Positions 10,182 to 19,034 of a stretch of DNA of 64,000 nt are shown piece after piece. The stretch's first letter is position 1. The number at the start of each line of letters is the position of its first letter. Under the pieces are notes generated by a model that searched no databases, was not told the DNA's origin, and worked only from the letters and a program-made list of their open reading frames with translations. The DNA lies in NCBI GenBank assembly GCA_034667525.1, contig JAXDJO010000015.1, positions 52,940 to 116,939 on the forward strand, in the 5' to 3' direction. The position numbers and the translations under genes were made by a program. Source of the stretch: Actinomycetota bacterium. Its GTDB lineage: Bacteria; Actinomycetota; CADDZG01; WHSQ01.

Positions 10182-10790
10182 ATGCGCAGATGGCGGGCCA
10201 CCTCAGCGGTGGCAGTTTCTACAGTTTTAGTGGCGGCAAGCTTGATCGCCGCGCCCGACGTTGCACACGCTGCATTAACTTGTGGCGTCGAACGATGGGC
10301 GGTCAAGACTCTGTCGGATGCCGCGGCCGCGGACGTGAATTACAGGGCCCGTCACGTCACGGTGGAACATCTGCGCCGTCTGCCTCGCCCCAACATCGGG
10401 ACGTCGAGCCCGAGGCAGCGTCCGTATGAGTTCCGCAGCTATCGCATCCACGTGAGACTGCGGGGGGCGGCTTTGGAGGACGACCGCGATTTTCATCTGA
10501 TCGTCTCGCAGCCCCACCACAGAAGAAGGACGATGATCCTGGAGCTCCCCAACGTGCATTGCAAGGGGGCCGCAAGCTCCATCAAGAAGGCCGCCATGCG
10601 CAGAGCGCGCCGGAGATTCGTCGCGGCTTGCGGGCCCATCGGGACGTCTTTTACGACTCTTCATGGCAGGGCCATCGTCAAAGGAGTCGCGTTCTTCGAC
10701 ATCGATCACGGTCAAACCGGTGTAGCTCCGAACGCCATCGAATTACACCCGCTCCTCCGTTTCAGGCCACGCGGGCGCTGCACTCATTAG
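10182..10790 (+). CDS. Secreted hypothetical protein
   Basis: An internal ATG at 10182 gives a classic signal peptide, MRRWRATSAVAVSTVLVAASLIAAPDVAHA. The mature part (CGVERWAVKTLSD ... FFDIDHGQTGVAPNAIELHPLL) looks like a conserved family of unknown function. Confidence 0.6.
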   Translation: MRRWRATSAVAVSTVLVAASLIAAPDVAHAALTCGVERWAVKTLSDAAAADVNYRARHVTVEHLRRLPRPNIGTSSPRQRPYEFRSYRIHVRLRGAALEDDRDFHLIVSQPHHRRRTMILELPNVHCKGAASSIKKAAMRRARRRFVAACGPIGTSFTTLHGRAIVKGVAFFDIDHGQTGVAPNAIELHPLLRFRPRGRCTH

Positions 10791-11055
10791 CACTGGGCTC
10801 CCCCGGCTCGGCCTAGAAGAGCTTGCTTAGATTGCTCCTCAGGTAGGCAAAGAGGATGATGCAATCACGCAGAAGGCTGTGGCGGGGGAGCTTCTCTGGT
10901 TAAGTGAGCCGGCTCGCTGCCTGGGAGCGGCCATCGTTGTTCCGCCAAGTGCAACGAGTCACCCCGCCGCCGCCTTCTCTCTCCTCATGATTCCGGGAGC
11001 GTCACTTCATCCCTTAGGTGAGCATCAGAAGTAGTTCGCCGGCACCCAGTGGTCG

Positions 11056-12243
11056 TTAAAAGAACCACGCGCCATGCGTGAAAGTCACCACCCCTATCGC
11101 GGCTATCGTCGCCATGCCCCCGGCCAGGTAGGGGCCCACCTTCGGATGCTCGCGTGTGTACAGCGCGAGCAGCAGCGGGATCGGAAAGAGCGATAGCAAC
11201 ATGCGCGGGATGCTGAAGTACAGGCTGCTGAACATCAGGGTTCCGAGCGTCCCCGCCATGTAGGCGGCCCATCCCAACTCCCACCGTCTGACCGTCCACA
11301 CGGTGAAGGCCACTCCGATCGCGGCAGCCACTACCTCAACCCGCCAGGCGGCGTCCCAGATGTGCGAGTGAGTCGCGGGGTCCGCGTGGTGATGGAGGGT
11401 GCGGAAGAAGGAGCTGACCGGCCACGAGAAATGTCTCCCCCATCCCAGTCGCTCGGCGTTGAAGTAGGCAAGGGGCGTTCCCTTCACCCTCCAGAGAAAC
11501 ACGGCGTACGCAAACAGTGGGGCGCTCGCCAGGCTGAGAGCGGCTGCGACTTCCCACACTCGCTTACCGAAGCGGGGTTGTTGCAGGAAAGTGACAAGAA
11601 GGCCCAGGAGAACGAAGATCCCCGCGAAGCGTGTTCCGACTGCCAGGGCAGCGAATGGAACGACGAGCCACCATCGTTCGCACCGGGCGTAATAGAAAGC
11701 GGGAATCGTCCCTGTAAGAAAGAGAGATTCGCTATAACCCGCCACGAGGAACACCGCCATCGGAAAGACGCAGAGATAGAGGATCGCTAGGCGGCCCGTG
11801 CCCGGCCACACATCGTTCGCCAGCCGGTACATGTACGCGAACACCACGAGCATCGACACTCCCGATACCACTAACCCAGCCGCCACACCGGTCAGCCCTG
11901 CGCCCAAAAGAGCCCGTAGAACAAGCGGCAGGAAGGGAAAGAACGCGACCGAATGAGGCAACGATCGAGGACCTGCGTAACCGTGGTGCGCGATCCCCAG
12001 GTAAAGCACGACGTCCCACCTCACCCAGATGTGCCAGAACGAAGGGGGCGGCGTTGCCCTCACCTTGGCCACCAGGAGATCTCCGAAGTAGGCAAGAGGG
12101 AACGCGGCCAGATGGAGTAGCAGATCGAATTTGATCGCTTCGGCCCAGGGCCTGCCCGAGTCGGCCGTCACACGACCGCTTCCCTTCAGTGCCCGCGTGG
12201 AGCCCGGACCGTAACGGGTGCGGGGGTCCACCAGCGTCCCCAC
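11056..12243 (-). CDS. PIG-V/Gpi18-like (GT76) polytopic GT-C mannosyltransferase
   Basis: 395 aa with about 10 hydrophobic helices and the signature block RWDVVLYLGIAHHGY...VAFFPFLPLVL typical of the Mannosyl_trans2/PIG-V family. The GTG start lies 2 nt after the upstream gene's stop. Confidence 0.7.
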   Translation of the reverse strand: MGTLVDPRTRYGPGSTRALKGSGRVTADSGRPWAEAIKFDLLLHLAAFPLAYFGDLLVAKVRATPPPSFWHIWVRWDVVLYLGIAHHGYAGPRSLPHSVAFFPFLPLVLRALLGAGLTGVAAGLVVSGVSMLVVFAYMYRLANDVWPGTGRLAILYLCVFPMAVFLVAGYSESLFLTGTIPAFYYARCERWWLVVPFAALAVGTRFAGIFVLLGLLVTFLQQPRFGKRVWEVAAALSLASAPLFAYAVFLWRVKGTPLAYFNAERLGWGRHFSWPVSSFFRTLHHHADPATHSHIWDAAWRVEVVAAAIGVAFTVWTVRRWELGWAAYMAGTLGTLMFSSLYFSIPRMLLSLFPIPLLLALYTREHPKVGPYLAGGMATIAAIGVVTFTHGAWFF

Positions 12244-12245
12244 GA

Positions 12246-14438
12246 TCAGAGACTCGGTGGATCGGGAGACTCGGGAAAGAGCCTGATGAGGATCGCCATC
12301 GGTCCCAAGAACAGAAGCATGGTCGTGAAGATCGTGATCCCGGAGTCGTTAAGCGCGGAGCCGAGAAATGCCACTACAACCGCTCCGACGGATCCGGCGC
12401 GCAGCAAAGGCTGCTCGAACCCGAACCTCCTCCACCATGCGGGTGGCCAGAAGAGAAACCAGAAGGTGACGACGGCCGGCGGCAAGAACAGGTCAAGGTT
12501 CTCGAGCGACCCCGCCTCGCGAAGGTTCGATGCAGCCTTGCGCTCAACCGTCTCGACAAAAGCGGAACCACCGCGGGAACGGATATCTTCGAAGAATCGA
12601 CCCAGGTGCGTGCGTTGCTGGGCGGGGCGGGCCACGTCTATCGCGATGAACACGCCCGCGAAGAAGATGGCCGCGATGAACCCCAGCGCCACTACCTTCG
12701 GCGAGATGCCTTTGCCCGCGAGAAGCATCCACACAACAGCGAATCCGGGAACCAGAGCAAGAACGCCGCCCACATCGCTGCCCAGCTGGGGAGCTCCATC
12801 AACGAGGATGACGGCGGCGAACAGAAGAGCGACTTGGATCAGGGTCGCCGGCGTTCGGCCCTTCTGTTGCACTAGCAGCGTTCCACAAATGGCCGCTGTC
12901 GCCGCCAGGATGGCAAAGGCATTGTTGCCCGCTCCTGCGAAGCGGCCCGCGATCAAAGGTGAATCGCCCAGGAGCGAGTTCAGCTGGAGATGCGCCCCGG
13001 TCATCAGATCGGCGAGGATAACGATGAGCGAAAGCGCCGCCACCAGCCCGAGTCTCTGCAGCGGCGACAACGTACGCCTGGAAACCAGAAGCACCACGCC
13101 TGCGTCGAGGAGTAAACACAATCCGATAAAACCGGCCCTGCTCAACTCCGTCACAGGGAAGACCCTGGCCAGAAAAGTGGCGACCGGAAGGCTGGCGACT
13201 ACCAAGGCAGCGATCTCTACGATGTGGGGGATGGGGCTGGGGCTTGGAGCGGCTCGGTTGAATGGCACCCGCACCGCCGCGATGGCAACGCCGAAAAGTG
13301 CACACTCGGCAAGCAAAAGGACCAACGACATTATGAACTTAGAGGCATCGACGAACACCGCCTCTCGGTCCAGGTCGGAGGCGGCGGTGATCCGGTCACC
13401 TTCCGCCGGCACACTGAAGAACGTTTGCCCGGTCATCCCTGCCGGCTGAGGCACGCCGGCGCGCGCTAGGACGGTCGGGGCGACATCGGGAAGCGTGACT
13501 ATTCCTGGGCGCCTGGTCGATGCGGACTCCAAAACGGTGCCGGGGGGGAACCCAGGACCGACCGCCACGGCCACTCCCAGATGGGTCACGTCCAGGGAGG
13601 AGGTGGGAGTGACCACGAGCAGCAGGTCTTTCTTGAGATCCAGGAGCTTCGATATCGAGCTCAGCACCCGATCGGTGTTGCTCAGAGCCTCCCCCCAAAC
13701 CCGAGGTGTTGATCCCAGGTGTTGTGCGCGCTCCAGGTCACCCGTATCTACGACCACCGTGGCGCAGCGAAGCGACAGTGCTCGGCGCGCCGCAGAAACG
13801 AATGCACCGGTACGTGCCTCGAGCTTGATGGCCCCAGAGACAGGGCGAAGGAGGTTGGCCCCCACTCCTGCGTACTGAACCCGACCCGAGGAACCCATGG
13901 CCGCGAGCAGCGGCCACTGAGCGAACCTCTCCGAGGATCCCCTCGTGGTCGAGGCGTCGCCGATGCCAACTAGCGCTGTGGGCATGGCATCGGCCAAAGC
14001 ACCAGCTCGAGCTCCATAACCGTTGCCCGCGGACAGATCGTTCAGTCGCGACCGAGTCGTCACGCGCACATCGCGGGAAAGGCCGCCAAACCCTGTGGCA
14101 GCAGCCCTCGTCAGAGCAAACTCGATGGACGGCATGCGCGCCCCGGCCCCGATGGTCGTGAAGGCGGACGAGTAGGAAGGACGCGGAACATCGGTATGCA
14201 CGGACACCGATCCGATAGCACCGCGCCTCGCAAGCGACAACAACCCCGCAGGTCTCACGTGCGCCACTTCGCTCCAGGTCACGCCGGGAGTAGTGAAGAT
14301 CACCGTCCTCGAGCATGAAGTGACCGCGCCTGCAGAGCCCCCTGCAAGCGCGGAAAAAAATCCGGCGACTGCACACGCGACCAGGGCGAGCTTGCGGGCT
14401 GTGCGATGCTGCCTCACGAAGCAGAACAATCCTGGCAA
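12246..14438 (-). CDS. Large membrane protein: N-terminal signal/TM, ~360-aa soluble domain, ~11 C-terminal TM helices (function unknown)
   Basis: 730-aa ORF with coherent hydrophobicity architecture. The start is uncertain (TTG 14438, TTG 14429 or GTG 14417). It is tightly coupled to the downstream PIG-V-like gene. Confidence 0.75.
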   Translation of the reverse strand: MPGLFCFVRQHRTARKLALVACAVAGFFSALAGGSAGAVTSCSRTVIFTTPGVTWSEVAHVRPAGLLSLARRGAIGSVSVHTDVPRPSYSSAFTTIGAGARMPSIEFALTRAAATGFGGLSRDVRVTTRSRLNDLSAGNGYGARAGALADAMPTALVGIGDASTTRGSSERFAQWPLLAAMGSSGRVQYAGVGANLLRPVSGAIKLEARTGAFVSAARRALSLRCATVVVDTGDLERAQHLGSTPRVWGEALSNTDRVLSSISKLLDLKKDLLLVVTPTSSLDVTHLGVAVAVGPGFPPGTVLESASTRRPGIVTLPDVAPTVLARAGVPQPAGMTGQTFFSVPAEGDRITAASDLDREAVFVDASKFIMSLVLLLAECALFGVAIAAVRVPFNRAAPSPSPIPHIVEIAALVVASLPVATFLARVFPVTELSRAGFIGLCLLLDAGVVLLVSRRTLSPLQRLGLVAALSLIVILADLMTGAHLQLNSLLGDSPLIAGRFAGAGNNAFAILAATAAICGTLLVQQKGRTPATLIQVALLFAAVILVDGAPQLGSDVGGVLALVPGFAVVWMLLAGKGISPKVVALGFIAAIFFAGVFIAIDVARPAQQRTHLGRFFEDIRSRGGSAFVETVERKAASNLREAGSLENLDLFLPPAVVTFWFLFWPPAWWRRFGFEQPLLRAGSVGAVVVAFLGSALNDSGITIFTTMLLFLGPMAILIRLFPESPDPPSL

Positions 14439-14480
14439 CCTAGATATGGGAGCCGCACACCGACTAAGGAGGAGCTTTCG

Positions 14481-15965
14481 TTGTCTCGACGGCCGGCAGG
14501 CGTCGTTGCAGTCGTTGTGACGATGGTCCTAGCGGCTTGCGCGTCGGGAAGTTCGTCCGATGCGACGCGCGCGGACGATAACGGATCCATCGCACGCGTT
14601 CCGCTCCCGCGGCCAACCCCTGCCGACGGAGCTCTGCGTGGCATCCACAAGATCAAACATGTGATCATCATCATGCAAGAGAACCGTTCCTTCGATTCCT
14701 ATTTCGGGTCGTTTCCTGGTGCCGATGGGATCCGTATGCAGGACGGCAAACCCGCCGCCTGTCTCCCGGTATCCGACTACGGCTCCTGCATCTCTCCGTA
14801 CCACGACTCCAAGCTCCGAGATGCCGGAGGACCCCACGCCATGAACGATGCTATCTACGACATCGATCGAGGTCACATGGACGGGTTTGCTCAACGGGCG
14901 TTTGACGGCAGTCCAGGGTGCCTTGTTCTCAAGGACGTAACTGTGCCGGGGTGCAGGGAAACCCCCCCACTTCCCGACGCGGTTGGTTACCACGACGCAA
15001 GGGAGATCCCCAATTACTGGGCCTACGCCCGGCACTTCACGCTGCAGGATCACATGTTCAGCCCCACGCTGGGCCCCAGCCTGCCGGCACATCTCTACCT
15101 GGTCTCCGGTTGGTCGGCGACCTGTTTGAACATGGACAATCCCATGAGCTGCACGAGCAACAATGGGCTAGCGGGGGACGTGCACCCCTTCGTCGAAGGA
15201 CAAGACTTCCGTTACGCGTGGACCGATATGACCTTTCTCCTGCACAAGTACGGGGTCAGCTGGGCGTATTACACGGCACCCCATAGCCTGCCGGATTGCG
15301 ACGAGGCTCTTCCCATGTGCGAGCGACCCTCCCTCGAGCCGGGTACTCCAAGCCTGTGGAATCCTCTGCCGGAATTCGCGACTGTCATCCACGATCAGCA
15401 GCTGGGAAACATCAAGCATTCGGGCAAGTTCTTCGCGGCGGCGCGCCGAGGAACCATCCCCTCCGTCTCCTGGATCGTGCCCAGCAAGAAAATGAGCGAG
15501 CACCCGCCCGCTTCGATCGCCGACGGCCAGGCGTGGGTGACCAGAGTGGTGAATGCAGTGATGCAAGGACCCGATTGGAAGAGCTCTGCCATCTTCGTGT
15601 CCTGGGACGACTGGGGCGGCTTCTACGATCACGTGGTCCCTCCTCGGATCGACGAGGCAGGTTATGGCCTGAGGGTCCCGTCTCTAGCTATTAGCCCCTA
15701 CGCCAAGTCTCACTTCATCGACCATCAGGTCCTGAGCTTCGACGCGTATCTGAAATTCATCGAGGACGACTTCATGAATGGCGCCCGCATCGACCCCCGC
15801 ACCGACGGACGACCTGATTCAAGGCCCGATGTCCGCGAGAACGCCCCCCAGCTAGGAAATCTCATCAGCGAGTTCGATTTCTCGCAGCGGCCGCGGCCGG
15901 CGTTCCGTCTCGCCCCTCGTCCGGCAACCGTACGGGGAGCGGTTGAACGCCCTAGGGGGCCGTGA
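14481..15965 (+). CDS. Phosphoesterase-family lipoprotein (phospholipase C / acid phosphatase AcpA-like)
   Basis: The start was placed at TTG 14481, 7 nt after AAGGAGG (14467..14473). It has a lipobox, VLAAC. The IIIMQENRSFDSYFG block is the hallmark of the PLC/AcpA phosphoesterase family. Confidence 0.85.
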   Translation: MSRRPAGVVAVVVTMVLAACASGSSSDATRADDNGSIARVPLPRPTPADGALRGIHKIKHVIIIMQENRSFDSYFGSFPGADGIRMQDGKPAACLPVSDYGSCISPYHDSKLRDAGGPHAMNDAIYDIDRGHMDGFAQRAFDGSPGCLVLKDVTVPGCRETPPLPDAVGYHDAREIPNYWAYARHFTLQDHMFSPTLGPSLPAHLYLVSGWSATCLNMDNPMSCTSNNGLAGDVHPFVEGQDFRYAWTDMTFLLHKYGVSWAYYTAPHSLPDCDEALPMCERPSLEPGTPSLWNPLPEFATVIHDQQLGNIKHSGKFFAAARRGTIPSVSWIVPSKKMSEHPPASIADGQAWVTRVVNAVMQGPDWKSSAIFVSWDDWGGFYDHVVPPRIDEAGYGLRVPSLAISPYAKSHFIDHQVLSFDAYLKFIEDDFMNGARIDPRTDGRPDSRPDVRENAPQLGNLISEFDFSQRPRPAFRLAPRPATVRGAVERPRGP

Positions 15966-17220
15966 ACTCGTTCCTCCAGTATTGGTTGATCGACCCTTGT
16001 GACGACTCCACAACTGCGCTGCCGAGGTCGTCCAACGGCTGCTTGGTGGATGTTGGGTTCGTATGGAGGTTCTCATTGGGGATGGCCCACTGCGAGTCGG
16101 CGTTGGGGTCGAAGCTAGGAGTCAGCAAGGAGCTTTCCCAAACGTAGAACCCGTTCTTCGGATGCTCCGCTATCACGTACATGCGATCTTGTGCGGGCGC
16201 AAGGAGAAGGATCTGACGACTGGCCTTCTGCTTGACGTAGCTCACCGTGGATGCGCTCCAAAGTCCCAGAGGTTCCCGATGAACGAGCACAAGCATCGGG
16301 TCGAGAGGATTCGTTGATGATTGGCTCATGAGCTTGAGAGCGGCGTAGACATCGTCGCCGTTGCTCCTAAGACTGATGTGGTAGTTGGCACAGGCCGCAG
16401 TGGTTGGCGTTGGACAACCGCCGACTCCGTCACCGTAGGCAGTCTCGATGTTCCAGGGTGTACCCACTGGGTCGGAGTCGTTCCGCCAGGCAAACATGTA
16501 GCGCTGGCTGATGGTGTCGTCCCACATCACACCGATCTTGTAACCGGAGGTCGCGGTGCCGAACGAAACGATCGCCGATGTGTCTTTCGTCGAGATGGAC
16601 GTCCATGGGATGTTCGTAAAGGTGAAAGTTGTACCGCCAGGGGCAGTTGAGCCGACTGCGATATGCCCGCCACTCTGGTAAGTGGCCCACAGCCGGTTCT
16701 GGGTGTCTCGGGCGATCGTGATGTTGCGGGGGTTCTTGGTAGTGATCTTGGTGGGTCCGGACTGGAGGGTCCAGCTTCCGTCCAGCCCATAGCTGTAGAC
16801 GTACAACTCGCTAACGCGAGGATCCCCCGTCAATGATTTGTTGTCGCGGAGCGAAACGTATAGCTGTGAATCCGACGAACTGTAGAGAACGTCCGCCTTC
16901 ATCCATGGGTCCGAGCTTGGAAGATCGAGCACGCGCTGCCACTGATCATTCACTAGTTGGTTGAGAAAAACTCCGGCGTCGGTACCGTCCGCCCCCAGGA
17001 CCGACCACCAGTTGCCGTCCTGGGTGTAAAAGAGCTTGCTTTCCGCTTCCATGCCGGAGCCGTCCTGAGCGGTCGCTCCCCCGCTTGAGCTGTTCGTCGC
17101 AGACCCATAGGTGAAGTCGGCCTGCCCTGAAACGTTCGACAGAGCAAAAGCCGCTGTCGGCGCCCACAGGCAAGCGATCACCGCAAGGGCGATCGAGGCG
17201 AGGCGTCGGCGTGCATACAT
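15952..17220 (-). CDS. Secreted beta-propeller-like protein with BNR/Asp-box-like repeats
   Basis: The start was placed at ATG 17220 (signal peptide MYARRRLASIALAVIACLWAPTAAFA). It has Asp-box-like motifs (TQDGNWWS, GLDGSWTL) and repetitive beta-rich sequence. Its 3' end overlaps the PLC-like gene by 14 nt (convergent). Confidence 0.7.
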   Translation of the reverse strand: MYARRRLASIALAVIACLWAPTAAFALSNVSGQADFTYGSATNSSSGGATAQDGSGMEAESKLFYTQDGNWWSVLGADGTDAGVFLNQLVNDQWQRVLDLPSSDPWMKADVLYSSSDSQLYVSLRDNKSLTGDPRVSELYVYSYGLDGSWTLQSGPTKITTKNPRNITIARDTQNRLWATYQSGGHIAVGSTAPGGTTFTFTNIPWTSISTKDTSAIVSFGTATSGYKIGVMWDDTISQRYMFAWRNDSDPVGTPWNIETAYGDGVGGCPTPTTAACANYHISLRSNGDDVYAALKLMSQSSTNPLDPMLVLVHREPLGLWSASTVSYVKQKASRQILLLAPAQDRMYVIAEHPKNGFYVWESSLLTPSFDPNADSQWAIPNENLHTNPTSTKQPLDDLGSAVVESSQGSINQYWRNEFTAP

Positions 17221-17384
17221 AGGTACAACCCTGCCCGATGCTTCCCGGGGGGTCATGGGGGAGGTGGAGCACGCGCTCTACGTTAGAGGCACTAGTTTTC
17301 AGAAGCGATTCCGGGTCTCGGGATCATCCATGGGCTCGGTTGCCAAGCTTCGCGTCGCTGATCGACCGTAGGGTGAATCGGGGC

Positions 17385-17723
17385 CTAGACCCCCGCGATC
17401 CGCTGGTCCCGGATCATCAATCCCGTGGCCGTCTCCACCCACACCGCCAAAACCAGAACAGAATCTCCCCCGCCGGCAAAGCGGGTCAGCGTGGTGGAGC
17501 GCCCTGAATCCGGGACTGTCAGACTTACTACCTCGGCGCCATCCACGGGTTTCGGCAAGGCCTCCAGCACCGTTGCCATCGCGGCCTTGGCCCCTTCCAG
17601 GAGATACACGCCTGCCCGTTTCGTATCGCCGGCCACGATCGCGGCCGCATAAGCAGCAGCCTCAGCGATCACTCCAGCGACGTCGAAATGGACTGCCATC
17701 GAGGAAGCCGCTTCATAAGCCAT
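17385..17723 (-). CDS. Hypothetical protein, paralog A (about 112 aa, possibly NTF2/SnoaL-like)
   Basis: It aligns by eye over its full length with the product of 19270..19653; shared positions include DV, GD, YL-E, L-AL, AEV, LTR, VW-E and RD-RI. The start could be ATG 17723 or 17699. Confidence 0.55.
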   Translation of the reverse strand: MAYEAASSMAVHFDVAGVIAEAAAYAAAIVAGDTKRAGVYLLEGAKAAMATVLEALPKPVDGAEVVSLTVPDSGRSTTLTRFAGGGDSVLVLAVWVETATGLMIRDQRIAGV

Positions 17724-17959
17724 ATGACGTATATCGGGGGAAACCTGCGGGCCTTTAGCAGGCGGAAGGCGGGGCAACAAGGGGGGCCTCCGCGGCGAAT
17801 CGGCTTTTATGCGATCCCGGGTCGCCGGCTGGCTGTGAACTGTGGCTTTTGCGCATCATGCGTATAGACCCGCGACCCCCCCGGCCGAGACAATCGGGAA
17901 CAAAGCAAGGCGAACAGTCTCATCCCACTTCAAGGCCCGGTATGGGCGGAGGTTTACTC

Positions 17960-18157
17960 GTGGAAGATTTGGTTCTGAAGATCTGGTGCTGCGCCATCAA
18001 TCGCATCGCGGAGATGAGAGACAGCGAAAGCGGCGCGACCGCAGTCGAATACGGCATCATGGTCGCCTTGATAGCTGCAGTCATAATCACCGTGGTCAAG
18101 GTCGTCGGTGGCAAGACCAGCAACGCGTTCGAGAGCGTCAACTCGAACCTTCCGTAG
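17960..18157 (+). CDS. flp: Flp family type IVb pilin
   Basis: Contains SG|ATAVEYGIMVALIAAVIITVV, which is the Flp prepilin cleavage/processing motif followed by a hydrophobic helix. The start is proposed at GTG 17960, 7 nt after GGAGG (17948..17952); an alternative ATG lies at 18014. Confidence 0.8.
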   Translation: MEDLVLKIWCCAINRIAEMRDSESGATAVEYGIMVALIAAVIITVVKVVGGKTSNAFESVNSNLP

Positions 18158-18281
18158 CGACACCGAGCAACCGCCAGACCTCGGAGCAACGCAAAAGGAG
18201 ATGTCGCAGCAGCAGGCGCCGAATGAAGTTAGGGACCAAACGTCTCCACGCGATAAGAACCGATAAAGCCTAGAGGGGTTC

Positions 18282-18305
18282 CGGGCGGCCTATAATGGCC
18301 GCCCG
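18282..18305. terminator. GC-rich hairpin between flp and the convergent small ORF
   Basis: CGGGCGGCC-tataat-GGCCGCCCG forms a 9-bp perfect stem. There is no clean U-tract on either side. Confidence 0.4.
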
Positions 18306-18565
18306 CCGCCTCCGCTCCGCCGCCGGTCCCCGGGGGCCAGCAAGCGAAACCCTGCCAGGAGTGCGACCCAGGACGTCCCCATGCCTGCGAGAAAGATCCT
18401 TCCCCTATCGGAGTTACGCGTGGGGACCCGAGCCGCATAGAAGAAAGTGCCTCCACAGGTCAGTGCCGCCGCCATCAGGAGAACGACGGCGGCGGCTCGA
18501 AGCCTCACTGTGAAAGGAGTACGGAACTTCGTTATAACGATCAGAGCTCCATTCAAAGTAACCAT
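18290..18565 (-). CDS. Possible small membrane protein (91 aa, two hydrophobic segments)
   Basis: ATG ORF. The first ~20 codons use A/T-rich codons atypical for this window. No recognisable motif. Confidence 0.25.
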   Translation of the reverse strand: MVTLNGALIVITKFRTPFTVRLRAAAVVLLMAAALTCGGTFFYAARVPTRNSDRGRIFLAGMGTSWVALLAGFRLLAPGDRRRSGGGGRPL

Positions 18566-19034
18566 CGTTAGCGTCTAGCGATCAGCGGCGGCCCGGTTCA
18601 CGACTCGGTGATGATGTAGTCCGTCGCTTCTCGCATCCGTAGATCAAGGTGCAGTCCCGCTCCTAGACAACCGCCGCGCGCAGATTGACTATTGCGTACG
18701 AGGCTCCGCCCCACCGGGCGCCATCCCATTAAGCGATAGAAGGAGTCCCCCAGACAAGCAGATCGAGCACAGTCGAGATTCGCTGCGCAAGAGGTGGACC
18801 CTCAGGCAGGGTCTGAGCGAGTGGCTTCGATCGGCGATCCGGCATCGACCAACACGCCCAAGCGCCAATCAAGCTAGACAAGCACACTCTGGCGGGCGTA
18901 AGCTTGCTTTCCTAGGGCTTCGGTGAGACCAACCGAGAAACGCAACCCCTCCCACACCAAAGTCTGAGACTCAGACAATCCCTCTCATGTCGAGGGGCGT
19001 ACGGCGGATCGCCCTACGGAGAGGAAGATGAACA

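Noticed and set aside
18188-18253. A 21-codon ORF (MSQQQAPNEVRDQTSPRDKNR) just after flp.
   Set aside because: AAGGAG directly abuts the ATG with no spacer, and the peptide shows no hydrophobic or conserved feature. Support is insufficient.
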